DNA of 64,000 nt, taken from contig CAXXXF010000002.1 in the NCBI GenBank assembly GCA_963667175.2, positions 32,001 through 96,000 on the forward strand. Direction: 5' to 3'. This DNA is from Candidatus Latescibacterota bacterium (GTDB taxonomy: Bacteria > Latescibacterota > UBA2968 > GCA-2709665). Positions within the stretch are counted from its first letter, which is position 1; the number at the start of each line of letters is the position of its first letter. This document shows positions 20,391-30,471 of the stretch, piece by piece. Made by a program: the position numbers and the translations under genes. The notes under the pieces are model-generated. The model was given only the letters and a program-made list of their open reading frames with translations, did no database searches and was not told where the DNA came from.

Positions 20391-20665
20391 CTTGCTCCGA
20401 CTCACGGTCTGATCGCCAAATGGCCTCGGTTGATCTCCGCGGGTCGTTGCAGTGGACTGTTCTACAGTTTCAATCTGATCAAGGTACCATGAAGTACAGT
20501 CCAATAGGCTATGGCTGCAACCAAATGCAGTTCCCCGCTCTACACCTTTCAAAGAGGCTATATTAGTATATTTCAAATTTTAATTTTGAATTAGCCTATT
20601 CTTGTGCATTCCGACGCCGTACAGCCGCGCGTCTCGGTCCCTGGCGCAGGCGCCCCTTGATCTGA

Positions 20666-21955
20666 ATGAGTACTGGAAAGGCAGATATGGATCTGGACCG
20701 GGTTGTCACGCAACTGGGAATCGAGCAAAGCCGGAATGTCCTCGAGTCGGAATGGGAGGTCTCCCGGAATGCGATGCCGGAAGGCAAGGTCGGTTTTCTG
20801 TCGCCAGAGTTCGTGATCGATGCCTGCCGGGGGATTTTTCTGCCGAATGAACTTGTGCAGGCCGCCGCCGCCGCGGCGGCACGTGTCGCGGAAAACCCCG
20901 CGATGCGCGCTTTGGCCTGGCACTGCCACTGGTGCCTCTACCGCGTGACGGGATATCCCAGCCGGTCCGCGGACAGTTGGCCGTGTATGGCAGGGCCGCT
21001 TGGGGAATCGGCAGGCATGTTCTATCTGCTGGTGCTGCTGTCACGCTTTCGTGAAATGCGAGCGATACACCGGGGGCACGGAATTCCGGAACGGGTCGTG
21101 CGCGACAGCATGGATCAGATTTTTCTCAGGGGCGAGACCTGCAGCGAAATCTTCGGCCGGTGGGGGCTGGACGGACACGCGGCCCGCTGGCTGGCGAATT
21201 TCCTCCGCGGCGACATCTACGCCCTGGGCCGGCTCGAACACCAGTTCAACGTGATGAACGACCCGTTTCGCGTCTATCGCCACCGGGAGTCGTCGATGGT
21301 CGTCGCATTGAGCGAAGACGGCGTCTCCTATCGCCGCGACGGTCAGCGCCATAGAGCCGGAGACCCGCCGGCGGCGTGGACCTCCCGGATCCTGGTCACT
21401 GACGACATGATTGCCGGCCACCCCATTCTCCCCACCGGCCGCGCCGCCGCCAGCATCGTGACGCTTGCCGCGGCCGACTGGGTTCCTGTCCTTCAGCGCG
21501 GCGATCCCGTGCTTTACTTTCACATTCCGGGCGGAATCCCGCTGGAGCATGCCGCGTGCGGAGATTCCTTCAAAGCGGCAATGGACTTCTTTCCCCGCCA
21601 TTTTCCAGATCGCCCGTACAAAGCGTTCTTCTGCGGTTCCTGGCTGCTCGACACCCAGTTGGAAGACTGGCTGCCGGAAGGGTCGAATCTGGTGCGTTTC
21701 CTGCGGGAGTTCTACCTGGTGCCCGGCGGCATTTCCCATCGGTCCATTCTGCAGACGGTGTTCGGGGACGCGGCCGACGACCTGAGCAGGGCGCCCGGCG
21801 ACACGTCGCTTCAGCGGGCAATGCTGGAGCATGTGTCCTCGGGCCGGCCCATCGATCCGCGCGCCGGGAAATGCTTTATGTTCCCTGAAGATCTGGACTG
21901 GGGTCGCCAGGTATACCGATCATCGAAATTTCCGTGGCATCTGTTACAGGTATGA
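20666..21955 (+). CDS. Acyltransferase-domain (GNAT-like N/C) protein
   Basis: YALGRLEH, FHIPGG, FFCGSWLLD and SNLVRF motifs; alternative start 20687. Confidence 0.75.
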   Translation: MSTGKADMDLDRVVTQLGIEQSRNVLESEWEVSRNAMPEGKVGFLSPEFVIDACRGIFLPNELVQAAAAAAARVAENPAMRALAWHCHWCLYRVTGYPSRSADSWPCMAGPLGESAGMFYLLVLLSRFREMRAIHRGHGIPERVVRDSMDQIFLRGETCSEIFGRWGLDGHAARWLANFLRGDIYALGRLEHQFNVMNDPFRVYRHRESSMVVALSEDGVSYRRDGQRHRAGDPPAAWTSRILVTDDMIAGHPILPTGRAAASIVTLAAADWVPVLQRGDPVLYFHIPGGIPLEHAACGDSFKAAMDFFPRHFPDRPYKAFFCGSWLLDTQLEDWLPEGSNLVRFLREFYLVPGGISHRSILQTVFGDAADDLSRAPGDTSLQRAMLEHVSSGRPIDPRAGKCFMFPEDLDWGRQVYRSSKFPWHLLQV

Positions 21956-22019
21956 ATTGACGGCGCATCCCAAAGGACCGTTGATTGCGGATCGCGAATG
22001 GACAAACAAGGAGGTTGGC

Positions 22020-23150
22020 ATGGAGCGGTTCGGACAGCTGGAGCTGGACTACCTGGCGAAGGTTATCGCCAGCGGGACGCTGAACAGCAAGTCAGGCAAA
22101 TTCACCTCCCAATTGGAGGAGCGATTCGCAAACTGGGTGGGCGCCGAATACGCGGTGGCGATGAACAGCGCGATGAGCGTGCTGCACACCGCCGTGGCGG
22201 CCGCGGGCGTTGGTCCGGGCGTGGAGGTGATCTGCGACCCGGTGGTCCACTTCGGAGGCGCGGCGGTTATGTATCACAACGGGGTGCCGGTATTCTGCGA
22301 TATCATCGAGGACAGCTGGAATATGGATCACGAATCGCTGGAGGCGTCCATCACGGAACACACGGGCGCCGTCATCTGCACGCCGATGTGGGGAAACCCG
22401 CCGGATTACGACGGGATTCTCCGGGTGGCGGACCGGCACGGGCTGCCCGTGATCGAAGACGTGGCGCATGGGGTCGGGGGTTCGTACCACGGCAGGCCTC
22501 TGGGAACGCTTGGGTCGATCGGATCGTACAGTTTTCAGGAGGCCAAACACCTCACCAGCGGCGACGGCGGCATGGCGGTGACCGACCGTCCCGAGATGCT
22601 GCAGAAGATGCTCGAGATGAGGATCATCAAGACGTCGCTCGGCTGGAATTATCGCATGACGGAACTGCAGGCCGGTGTGATGCTGGCGCAGATGGAACGG
22701 GCGGACGACGTCATCGCGGCGCATCACAGGGCCGGGGCGCTCTATTGCGAGGCGGCGAAGGAATCCCCCTGGCTCGTTCCCCAGCGCGTCGAAGATGAAT
22801 GTGTCCATGCCTATCACGCCGTTGCCTTTCGTTTCGAAGGCGACCGCGAGGGGATTCCCGTAGAGCGTTTTCAGAAGACCATGGTCGATCACGGATGTCC
22901 GGTCTCGATCGGGTATAAGCGACGTTCTGCCGCCGAAGATCCGATCTTCACGGAGGTCCTTGCGTATGGCAAAGGGTGTCCCATCCGGTGCCCCCATTAC
23001 GGAGGCCAGGCGCGCTACGGACCAGGCGTGACGCCCGTGGCCGATCGCGCCGTGCCCCGCATGGTCGTGATGCCGATGGACGTTTATACGCCGGGAAAGA
23101 CAGAGGAATATTCGGAAAAGATCCACGCTGGGCTCAAGGCGCTCGGGTAG
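22020..23150 (+). CDS. DegT/DnrJ/EryC1/StrS family PLP aminotransferase
   Basis: VIEDVAHG, YSFQEAKHLTSGDGG (PLP Lys), GWNYRMTELQA; GGAGG RBS. Confidence 0.93.
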   Translation: MERFGQLELDYLAKVIASGTLNSKSGKFTSQLEERFANWVGAEYAVAMNSAMSVLHTAVAAAGVGPGVEVICDPVVHFGGAAVMYHNGVPVFCDIIEDSWNMDHESLEASITEHTGAVICTPMWGNPPDYDGILRVADRHGLPVIEDVAHGVGGSYHGRPLGTLGSIGSYSFQEAKHLTSGDGGMAVTDRPEMLQKMLEMRIIKTSLGWNYRMTELQAGVMLAQMERADDVIAAHHRAGALYCEAAKESPWLVPQRVEDECVHAYHAVAFRFEGDREGIPVERFQKTMVDHGCPVSIGYKRRSAAEDPIFTEVLAYGKGCPIRCPHYGGQARYGPGVTPVADRAVPRMVVMPMDVYTPGKTEEYSEKIHAGLKALG

Positions 23151-23185
23151 GAGACCGCCGGCAGCGGAAACGCAGGGGCAGGACG

Positions 23186-24046
23186 CTAGTGCCCGTGCGT
23201 TTCTTCCATTCCGTGTACCACGCTGGACTCAACGAAGTAGAGGCCGTAGGCCAGACCGATTCCCACGAGAAGGGATACAATGAGTTTGCCGCGGTCGTGG
23301 CTGTGGAATTGGATCTCGGGCAGCAGATCGCTCAGGGCAATGCACAGGAACGCGCCGGCGGCAAATGCAAGCACATAGCCGATGACCGAGCCGTCGTCCG
23401 GGCCGAGAAGTCCCACGCCCCAGAAACTGGCAAGAGCGACAATCGGACACAATGAAGCAAACGCGACGTTTGCCGCCGCGCGCGCGCGCGCGCCGTAGCC
23501 CGCGAACTTCATCATCCCAATGATGGAATACGCATCGAGCGGTTTGTGAAGCACGATGGCGAGGAAAACACCGAGTGCGGGCAGCGCCCCGCCGCACTCA
23601 TGCGGCGAACTCACCCGCATGCTGGCGCCCAGGGCGATGCCTTCGGTTACGGTATGTACCCCGAGGCCCGTGGCGACCCCGAACATGCTCCGCGCCTGCG
23701 CGCCTGAACGTCCGTGGTCGTGATGGTCGTACAGTTCGCCCGCCTCGGGGCTGAAGTCGTGCTGATGGAAATGGAAGACGCGCAGCAGAAAGATCATCAG
23801 GATCATTCCGAAGACCACGCACGCCACGGCTTTCTCAACGTTTCCGGGTCCGCTGATCCGTTCCAGACTGTGAGGGAAGAGATGGTACATGGCGATTCCC
23901 AGGATAAAACCCGCCACGAGGCTCATCAGGACCTGTATCCGCACGTGGGTCATGGATCCCAGAACGGCCAGTCTCCCGCCAATATACGAAACGGCGAAGA
24001 TGCCGAGTGAATATCCGAGAATAATCAGTAGCCCGTCGTCATCCAC
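23186..24046 (-). CDS. ZIP family metal transporter
   Basis: HLFPH, His-rich loop, GVHTVTEGIALG, VLHKPLD, AGAFLCIALSDLLPE. Confidence 0.9.
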   Translation of the reverse strand: MDDDGLLIILGYSLGIFAVSYIGGRLAVLGSMTHVRIQVLMSLVAGFILGIAMYHLFPHSLERISGPGNVEKAVACVVFGMILMIFLLRVFHFHQHDFSPEAGELYDHHDHGRSGAQARSMFGVATGLGVHTVTEGIALGASMRVSSPHECGGALPALGVFLAIVLHKPLDAYSIIGMMKFAGYGARARAAANVAFASLCPIVALASFWGVGLLGPDDGSVIGYVLAFAAGAFLCIALSDLLPEIQFHSHDRGKLIVSLLVGIGLAYGLYFVESSVVHGMEETHGH

Positions 24047-24252
24047 GAAAACCTCACGTCAATCCGGCTTGTGAATCCGCTCTGTCCTCTGAGGCGTCTG
24101 CGCGCCTGCCGGCGCGGCGGCAATTACGGTGTATTTTCGCCGGATACCGAACCGGGAACTCCCTTGGGGGACGGCGGAGTCACGCGCTAATCGTGGCTTT
24201 CTTGAGCCTCATTGCCTTTCCTCGTCAATAAGGGCGCACCGGTCGCCGGGCG

Positions 24253-25608
24253 TCACCGGTTGCGGGTCAACCGATCCCAGGCCACGCGCCAGCGCTTCGA
24301 CAGGGGCCGGATGTTCAGCACCAGGTCCTCCCACCCGCTGCGGAGCGCGCCCGCCCGGAAACGCCAGACGATGAGCGCGACGAGAATGAGGCCCGACCCC
24401 CACTGCAGGACCTGTATGGTCGGCGATTCGGAGGGGCCGAGGTACACCGGAATCGTAAAACCGGTGGCCAGCAACAGCGCGTCGATCACGATTCCGAGAG
24501 CAACCGTCACCGCGACGACCGCCGAGACGTATATGGTCGCGAAACGTGCGCCGAACTGGCTGACGATCATCGCGATCGTACCGGTATTTGTGGCCGGCCC
24601 GGTCATCAGGAAAATCAGCGCCGCCCCGGGACTGAACCCCTTGGCAACGAGGGCCGCCGCGACCGGCGTGCTTGCGGATGCACAGATATATAATGGAACG
24701 CCGACCAGCACCATCACGGGATAGGAGATCCAGCGGGCGTATTCGTTCGTCATCAGATCGCCCGGTATCACCAGAAAGAGCACCCCGCCGAGGGCCACGC
24801 CAACCAGCAGCGCGAAGAGGATGTCGTCCGCAATCTCAACGAAACCGTAGTGAAAGACGTGCTTCACCAGCCTCTTGAAGTCCAGCGCCTGATCGTCGGG
24901 AGAGGGCGAAGCCTTTCCGACTTCGGACGCATCCAGCGCGTCGCGGTAAACGGCCGGCTTCATCCAGGAAAGGGACTTCCATCGGCCGGCCATTCTCGCG
25001 GCGTTCTTCAGCCATTGCACGAAAAGGTCCTTCAGTCGCGAGAAGCTGACGAAGCAGTCGTCTGTTTCAGGAATGAGGGATTCGTGCGAACCGTGGTCAT
25101 GGTCGTGATCGTGCCCATGATCGTGATCATGATCGTGGGCATGGTCATGGTCGTCGTGACGATGATCCGACCCGGGTTCTTCATGGCCGTTACGTATAAG
25201 GCCGATGCAGAAGATGCCGGCGACGCAGGCCGTGATGAAGCTGATGACCGGACGCACGACCGCGGCGACGAATCCGAAGAAGGCGTTTGTGACCAGGATC
25301 GAGTCCGCGCCCGTCTCCGGAGCGGTGATCAGGAAGGACATGCAGGACGAACGGGAGGCGCCCTTCCGGCGCATCTCGGCAACCACGGGTACGACGGAAC
25401 AACTGCACAACGGTAAAGGTACGCCGACGGCCGAACTCACGGCAACGGATTTCAGGCTGTCGTCCTTGAGCCACCGGAGGATGGCCTCACGGGAGATGAA
25501 TACATGGATCAGTCCCGAGAGGAATAGCCCCAGCAATAGCATGGGCGCCAGCAACAGGAAGGACATCCAGAGAAAATCGAAAAAACCGATCAGTGTCTGA
25601 AGAGCCAA
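24253..25608 (-). CDS. DUF318/ArsP-type permease (SO_0444-like metal transporter) with His-rich loop
   Basis: GVPLPLCSCSVVP, PLYICASASTP, FLMTGPATN; HDHDH run. Confidence 0.88.
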   Translation of the reverse strand: MALQTLIGFFDFLWMSFLLLAPMLLLGLFLSGLIHVFISREAILRWLKDDSLKSVAVSSAVGVPLPLCSCSVVPVVAEMRRKGASRSSCMSFLITAPETGADSILVTNAFFGFVAAVVRPVISFITACVAGIFCIGLIRNGHEEPGSDHRHDDHDHAHDHDHDHGHDHDHDHGSHESLIPETDDCFVSFSRLKDLFVQWLKNAARMAGRWKSLSWMKPAVYRDALDASEVGKASPSPDDQALDFKRLVKHVFHYGFVEIADDILFALLVGVALGGVLFLVIPGDLMTNEYARWISYPVMVLVGVPLYICASASTPVAAALVAKGFSPGAALIFLMTGPATNTGTIAMIVSQFGARFATIYVSAVVAVTVALGIVIDALLLATGFTIPVYLGPSESPTIQVLQWGSGLILVALIVWRFRAGALRSGWEDLVLNIRPLSKRWRVAWDRLTRNR

Positions 25609-25775
25609 TCGATTGCCTCCGATGCATTGGACGACGCGAAGGGACCCGTGAAAGGCGTTTCGGAAACCGGGAACGGAAGGCGCAGTTCACACCGAAACAC
25701 GCGCTGTTTCGGCGACCGGCCTGTCCCCTGTCCATGGATACAAAACCCCGCTCCTCTTCAGGGACCGGGGCGGCA

Positions 25776-25796
25776 AAAATAATGATTATCGAATTT
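25776..25796. promoter_or_regulatory. Fur/Zur-family operator-like palindrome
   Basis: GATAATCATTATT on the minus strand matches the Fur-box core; lies just downstream of the promoter for the metal transporter pair. Confidence 0.55.
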
Positions 25797-25813
25797 CGAG
25801 TCAAGAACGACGT

Positions 25814-25841
25814 ATTATATGGCACAAATACGGGCTGTCAA
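25814..25841 (-). promoter_or_regulatory. Sigma70 promoter for permease-ZIP operon
   Basis: TTGACA-16 nt-TATAAT on the minus strand. Confidence 0.65.
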
Positions 25842-26605
25842 AGCGTCTCCCGAGCTGTCCCCCTGACGTAGCGCGGTCGGTTGTGAACCGGTCGGAACCC
25901 GATGCGCCGGTATACGCTTTCGGCGGCGCTGCCGGCAGCCACTTCGAGCCCGGTCCATCGATTGCCCAACGCATGGGAGTCCGCGACCGCTCGAGCCGTC
26001 AACGCGGATGCCACGCCTCGGCGGCGGTATTCCGGCAGCGTGCCGACGAAGTCCACGCAACCCATGCCGTATGCGGAGTAAAGCAACGTGGTTCCCGCCG
26101 GCTCTCCGTCCACGGTTGCAAGGTAGAGCCGTGCCTCGGGAATATCGAGAACCCTTCGGCCCAGTACGCCAACGTCGGCCGGAAAATCGAAGCTGCGGCA
26201 CATGGTGTCCGCCCAGATTCCGTACCTGCCCGGAACCGGTTCTTCGATCCGGACGGATCCGGGAACGACGGGTTGTACGACCCGGTCGCAGCGCATCGCC
26301 ACGGCCTGCATGCCAAGACTGAATCCGCGGCGCTCCAATCGATGCGCCAGATCCGGTGGACGGTCCACGGGAGACAGGGTGAACGCGCATTCGAAGTCCC
26401 TGGCCCTGAAATGGTCAAGCGCGCTGTCAATCATTGTGTCCACTCGTGTCCGGGGCACGTCGATCTGTACGACGCGGTGCAGCATAGGCACTTTGACGCG
26501 GTCGTTGCTGAGTGCCAGGGCCCCGCCCAGATCGTGGCTGACGCACCAGCGCGCGCGGAAGCCGATCCAGAGTTTTTCGAAAACTGACGAGAACCGGTCA
26601 GGCAC
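25838..26605 (-). CDS. GNAT family N-acetyltransferase
   Basis: VGTLPEYRRRGVAS acetyl-CoA motif; VYRRIGF. Confidence 0.88.
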   Translation of the reverse strand: MPDRFSSVFEKLWIGFRARWCVSHDLGGALALSNDRVKVPMLHRVVQIDVPRTRVDTMIDSALDHFRARDFECAFTLSPVDRPPDLAHRLERRGFSLGMQAVAMRCDRVVQPVVPGSVRIEEPVPGRYGIWADTMCRSFDFPADVGVLGRRVLDIPEARLYLATVDGEPAGTTLLYSAYGMGCVDFVGTLPEYRRRGVASALTARAVADSHALGNRWTGLEVAAGSAAESVYRRIGFRPVHNRPRYVRGTARETL

Positions 26606-26882
26606 GGGACTTTACGCCCTCCGGGATTCTGTTCTGTTTCGTGGCGCGGGCGCCAACGTGACGGCCTGCTTCCCGATACCTACCCGTCGAATTCAAACCG
26701 ACAGCCTTTGCGATCGTCTGCCACGTTTGTATATTGTCTTGCATTTGAAAGCGGGTCGGCCAACCGGGAATTGCAACTTCCCGCCCTGTGTTCCGTATAA
26801 TGGTCGTATCGGACGACCGTGCCGCCGGGGTGGGAAATTTCGCCAGTTCTTTTAACGTACGCGGAAAACGAGGTCCTGCAAA

Positions 26883-27860
26883 ATGAGATTCATCGTAACC
26901 GGAAGCAACGGCTTCATCGGCCAGAATTCATGCCGCAGCCTGGCCGCGCTCGGACACGAAGTCATCGGCGTGGACGATTTGTCTTCCGGGACCCCTCCCA
27001 ACGGCGTGAGCGGCGTTCAGTACCACACCCGCAGCGTTGTGGATGCGGATTGGCTCGTAGGACTCCTGAAAGACACGGTCCCGGACGCGGTCCTTCACCT
27101 GGCGGCAAAGCCGAGGGTGCCGTATTCGGTGCGGAATCCGCTGCGCAGCGCCGAGGCGAACGCGATGGGGACGCTGTCTGTACTCAACGGGATTCTAAAG
27201 GCTCAACTGGCAGAGAAAACCCGGCTGGTTTTCGCCAGCAGCAGCGCGGTTTTCGGCGACGCGACGGCCCTCCCGACCCCGGAGACGTACCCCTCGAATC
27301 CACAGTCGCCGTACGCGCTGGCAAAGCTTCATGGCGAGCAATGGTGCGACCTGTTTCATCGCTTGTACGGCCTGGACGTGGTGAGCCTGCGGTATTTCAC
27401 TGTGTTCGGACCGGGCGCGCTCTACGGCGGCGCCTATTCCATGGTCCTGTCGGCCTGGCCCTACCATCTTTTCGTAGATCCTTCGTACCAGCCCTACCTG
27501 GAGGGCGACGGGACCCAGACACGGGATTTCTGCTTTGTCGACAACGTCGTCGAGGCGAACGTCGCCGCGGCCACCCGGGAACGAGGCTTTGCGGCGGACG
27601 TTCTGAACGTGGGACAGGGCGAGGCCCACACCCTGCTCGAGGTCAAGGACATTCTCGAGGACGTCGCCGGCAGGAAGCTCACTCTTGAACGCCGGCCGCC
27701 CCGCGTCGGCGACGTCGCCCACTCCCTGGCCGACATCGGGCGCGCCCGGGCGGAACTCGGGTTCGAGCCGTCGACCGACTTCACCACACAGATCGAACGA
27801 ACGGCGATGTGGTACCGCGATTGTTATCCGCAACGGCGTTCGGAAAGTGATGGCGAGTAG
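26883..27860 (+). CDS. NAD-dependent epimerase/dehydratase (extended SDR)
   Basis: GSNGFIG, FASSS, YALAK, LRYFTVFGP, GDGTQTRDF. Confidence 0.92.
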   Translation: MRFIVTGSNGFIGQNSCRSLAALGHEVIGVDDLSSGTPPNGVSGVQYHTRSVVDADWLVGLLKDTVPDAVLHLAAKPRVPYSVRNPLRSAEANAMGTLSVLNGILKAQLAEKTRLVFASSSAVFGDATALPTPETYPSNPQSPYALAKLHGEQWCDLFHRLYGLDVVSLRYFTVFGPGALYGGAYSMVLSAWPYHLFVDPSYQPYLEGDGTQTRDFCFVDNVVEANVAAATRERGFAADVLNVGQGEAHTLLEVKDILEDVAGRKLTLERRPPRVGDVAHSLADIGRARAELGFEPSTDFTTQIERTAMWYRDCYPQRRSESDGE

Positions 27861-27943
27861 AAAAGAGACACGGCGGGCACGGGGAGCGGACGAAGTCGCC
27901 GCGAAGGTCTGAAAGTGCAAACCCGACGCTCGGGCTGGAAGAG

Positions 27944-28020
27944 TGGTGGGCGATACTGGATTCGAACCAGTGACCTCCTGCTTGTAAGGCAGGCGCTCTA
28001 ACCGGCTGAGCTAACCGCCC
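27944..28020 (-). tRNA. tRNA-Val (TAC)
   Basis: gggcggttagctcagccggttagagcg...ttacaa...ggttcgaatcc...cgcccacca: cloverleaf, anticodon TAC, encoded CCA. Confidence 0.97.
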
Positions 28021-28322
28021 ACGGACTTGTCGGACGCCTCGTCGGGCGGTTTTTTCGATTCGCCCAGCAGGAGGCCGAGTGGGATCAGCACGCAATACCC
28101 AATAACCAGCAGAATGGGCGCAAGCGTGAGGGACAGGAAACCATCGACCGGGGGTTGGGACAGGCAAAGGTAACCAATCAGTATCGTCCCTGCGCCCGCC
28201 CCCAGGAAGATCCAGTTCCTGCGGGTATAGGGCAACGGACGCCCGGCCAGCGCCCGCCGCTGTGTCTGAGCCCTGCGTCCCGTGCGGCCGCGAGGGCGTC
28301 GTCCTGGATTGCGCGTCGCCAT
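28011..28322 (-). CDS. DUF3098-like small membrane protein
   Basis: LPYTRRNWIFLG...GFLSLTLAPILLVIGY, two TM segments; follows rplS. Confidence 0.7.
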   Translation of the reverse strand: MATRNPGRRPRGRTGRRAQTQRRALAGRPLPYTRRNWIFLGAGAGTILIGYLCLSQPPVDGFLSLTLAPILLVIGYCVLIPLGLLLGESKKPPDEASDKSVGG

Positions 28323-28343
28323 CCGATTCACCCGTGTGGTCGG

Positions 28344-28697
28344 TTACGTGGCCCGTTTCTCCGCAATCCTCGCGGCCCTGCCCTGCAGCGTGCGCAGGTA
28401 GGTAATGCGGTTCCTGCGGACCTTGCCACTCCGAATCAACTCGATTCTGGCCACCCGCGGTGAATGGAGTGGAAAAATCTTTTCAACGCCCACACCGCCC
28501 ACCACCATCTTGCGTACGGTAAAGGTCTCGTGGACCCCGTGGCCCCGACGCTGGATCACCACGCCCTCGAACAGCTGCGTGCGCTCCTTCTCGCCTTCCA
28601 CCACCCGCACGTGCACCCGCACGGTGTCCCCGGCCCCGAATGCCGGCACGTCGGACTTGATCTGCTCCTCCGACAACGATCTCAACAACGCATCCAT
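28344..28697 (-). CDS. rplS: 50S ribosomal protein L19
   Basis: [44 protein letters not shown]. Confidence 0.97.
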   Translation of the reverse strand: MDALLRSLSEEQIKSDVPAFGAGDTVRVHVRVVEGEKERTQLFEGVVIQRRGHGVHETFTVRKMVVGGVGVEKIFPLHSPRVARIELIRSGKVRRNRITYLRTLQGRAARIAEKRAT

Positions 28698-28821
28698 GGG
28701 AACACTCCTGAAACGATGAAATTCGTCGGTCGAAAAACTGCCGCCGCAATTGCATGCTGAATGGGCGTCGAAATCCTGCAGCCAGGGGCCACAATCTCCC
28801 GTGCCCGCCGGCATTGCGGCT

Positions 28822-29547
28822 TCATGAGCCGGATCTGCGGCCGGACTCGCACATATTGTAAAGGTCCGGTCGCCGCTTCCGGGTCCGTTCTACCGCCGCG
28901 TCGTGCCGCCAGCTTGCAATCTTCCGATGGTCGCCGCTCAACAGAACATCCGGAACCCGCAGCCCTTCGAACTCCCGGGGCCTTGTATACCACGGACAAT
29001 CCAGAAGTCCGTTTTGAAACGAATCCTCCAGGGCGGATTCCGCATCTCCCATCGACCCGGGAATCAATCGCACGACCGCATCCATCAACACCAGCGCGGG
29101 CAATTCGCCGCCACTCAAAACGTAATCGCCAACCGAAATTTCTTCAGTCACGTACAGTTCGCGAACCCGTTCGTCGATGCCCCGGTACCGCCCGCACAAT
29201 AACACCAGATTCGGCGCAAGGGAAAGTCGGTTTGCCGTTTTCTGGTCCATCCGCTTTCCATCCGGCGTCAAAAAAATCACGTGCTCCAACGGCCGCCCGG
29301 CCTCCTGAATGGCCCCCAGCGCCCGCGCGATCGGTCCCGGCATGAACACCATGCCCGCGCCGCCGCCGCACGGGGTATTGTCCACCGTACGGTGCGCGTC
29401 GTCGGTAAAGTCGCGCAGATCGTGCGCAACGACGTCAACCAGGCCCGACCGGATCGCACGACCCGAAATTCCGTACGTAACGACGTCGCGAATCAGATCC
29501 GGAAATATGGTGAGGAAGTCGATATGCATCACGGCGTTTCCCGGCAT
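28822..29547 (-). CDS. trmD: tRNA (guanine37-N1)-methyltransferase
   Basis: [39 protein letters not shown]; alternative start 29529. Confidence 0.96.
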   Translation of the reverse strand: MPGNAVMHIDFLTIFPDLIRDVVTYGISGRAIRSGLVDVVAHDLRDFTDDAHRTVDNTPCGGGAGMVFMPGPIARALGAIQEAGRPLEHVIFLTPDGKRMDQKTANRLSLAPNLVLLCGRYRGIDERVRELYVTEEISVGDYVLSGGELPALVLMDAVVRLIPGSMGDAESALEDSFQNGLLDCPWYTRPREFEGLRVPDVLLSGDHRKIASWRHDAAVERTRKRRPDLYNMCESGRRSGS

Positions 29548-29563
29548 GTCGCGTTCCGGACTG

Positions 29564-30094
29564 CTACTCCAGGAGTCCTTCCACGTTCTTCACGACCAGA
29601 CGCCCGCCCGCCAGATCGACCCGCACCAGATCCCTTGCGGCGGGTACCAGAACCTCCGTCCCATCCCGCCTGCGGATCACGTACAGATCGTTTCCGGGGT
29701 GGGAAATGACATCCGCCACAATTCCGATTTCCGCGCCGGTTTCCGTTTCCGCATTCAGCCCCACAATCTCAAATACATAGAACGTGTCTTCAGGAAGCCG
29801 ATACACCTGGTCGGCGGAGACCAGCAACTCGCTTCCCCGTAACGGCGCGACCGCCGTCGGCGTATCGATACCCGCGAACTTAATGGCCATCCGCCGTCCG
29901 CAGGTCCGCACGTGGTCGATCCCGAGTGTCAACCGGCTCCCGTCAGGTCGTTGGAGCAGAGTTCCGCTGAGTTCCTGAAACCGTTCCGGAAAATCCGTCA
30001 GGGGATGCAGAAACGCCTCACCCCCGAGACCCCTCGGTTTCAGAACCCTGCCGATGGCGACGAATTGTTCCCCACCCGCCGGATTTCTGGACAA
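29564..30094 (-). CDS. rimM: 16S rRNA processing protein RimM
   Basis: IGRVLKPRGLGGE, FYVFEIVGL, EVLVP; lies between rpsP and trmD. Confidence 0.95.
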   Translation of the reverse strand: MSRNPAGGEQFVAIGRVLKPRGLGGEAFLHPLTDFPERFQELSGTLLQRPDGSRLTLGIDHVRTCGRRMAIKFAGIDTPTAVAPLRGSELLVSADQVYRLPEDTFYVFEIVGLNAETETGAEIGIVADVISHPGNDLYVIRRRDGTEVLVPAARDLVRVDLAGGRLVVKNVEGLLE

Positions 30095-30097
30095 GGA

Positions 30098-30403
30098 CTA
30101 TTCCTCGACTTCAGGACCCGCGGCGTCCGTATCGTCCGAATCCGCCGCGGACCCGTCGCCTTCGTCCAGAATCCCCTGCTGTCGAAACAGGCTCTTCACG
30201 GTACCTGACGGCTCAGCGCCCAGATCCAGCCAGTGGCGCGCCCGCTCGGTATTCAAGCTCACGATCTGCGGATTCTCCGTCGGATCGTAATACCCCAGGC
30301 TTTCGATGAACCGACCGTCCCTGGGGGACCGGCTGTCTGCGACCACGACCCTGTAAAACGGCGCGTTCCTTGCGCCCTTGCGGGTCAATCGAATCCTTAC
30401 CAA
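30098..30403 (-). CDS. rpsP: 30S ribosomal protein S16
   Basis: TTG start after AGGAGG; [29 protein letters not shown]. Confidence 0.96.
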   Translation of the reverse strand: MVRIRLTRKGARNAPFYRVVVADSRSPRDGRFIESLGYYDPTENPQIVSLNTERARHWLDLGAEPSGTVKSLFRQQGILDEGDGSAADSDDTDAAGPEVEE

Positions 30404-30471
30404 GAATTCATCCTCCTGATCTGAGAACCAACTGCCCGACGTCTGCTGCTTTGTGGATAACTGTCTGCGCT

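Noticed and set aside
25085-25165. 6-nt periodic tract as a microsatellite or phase-variation site
   Set aside because: In-frame His-Asp codons with synonymous variation.
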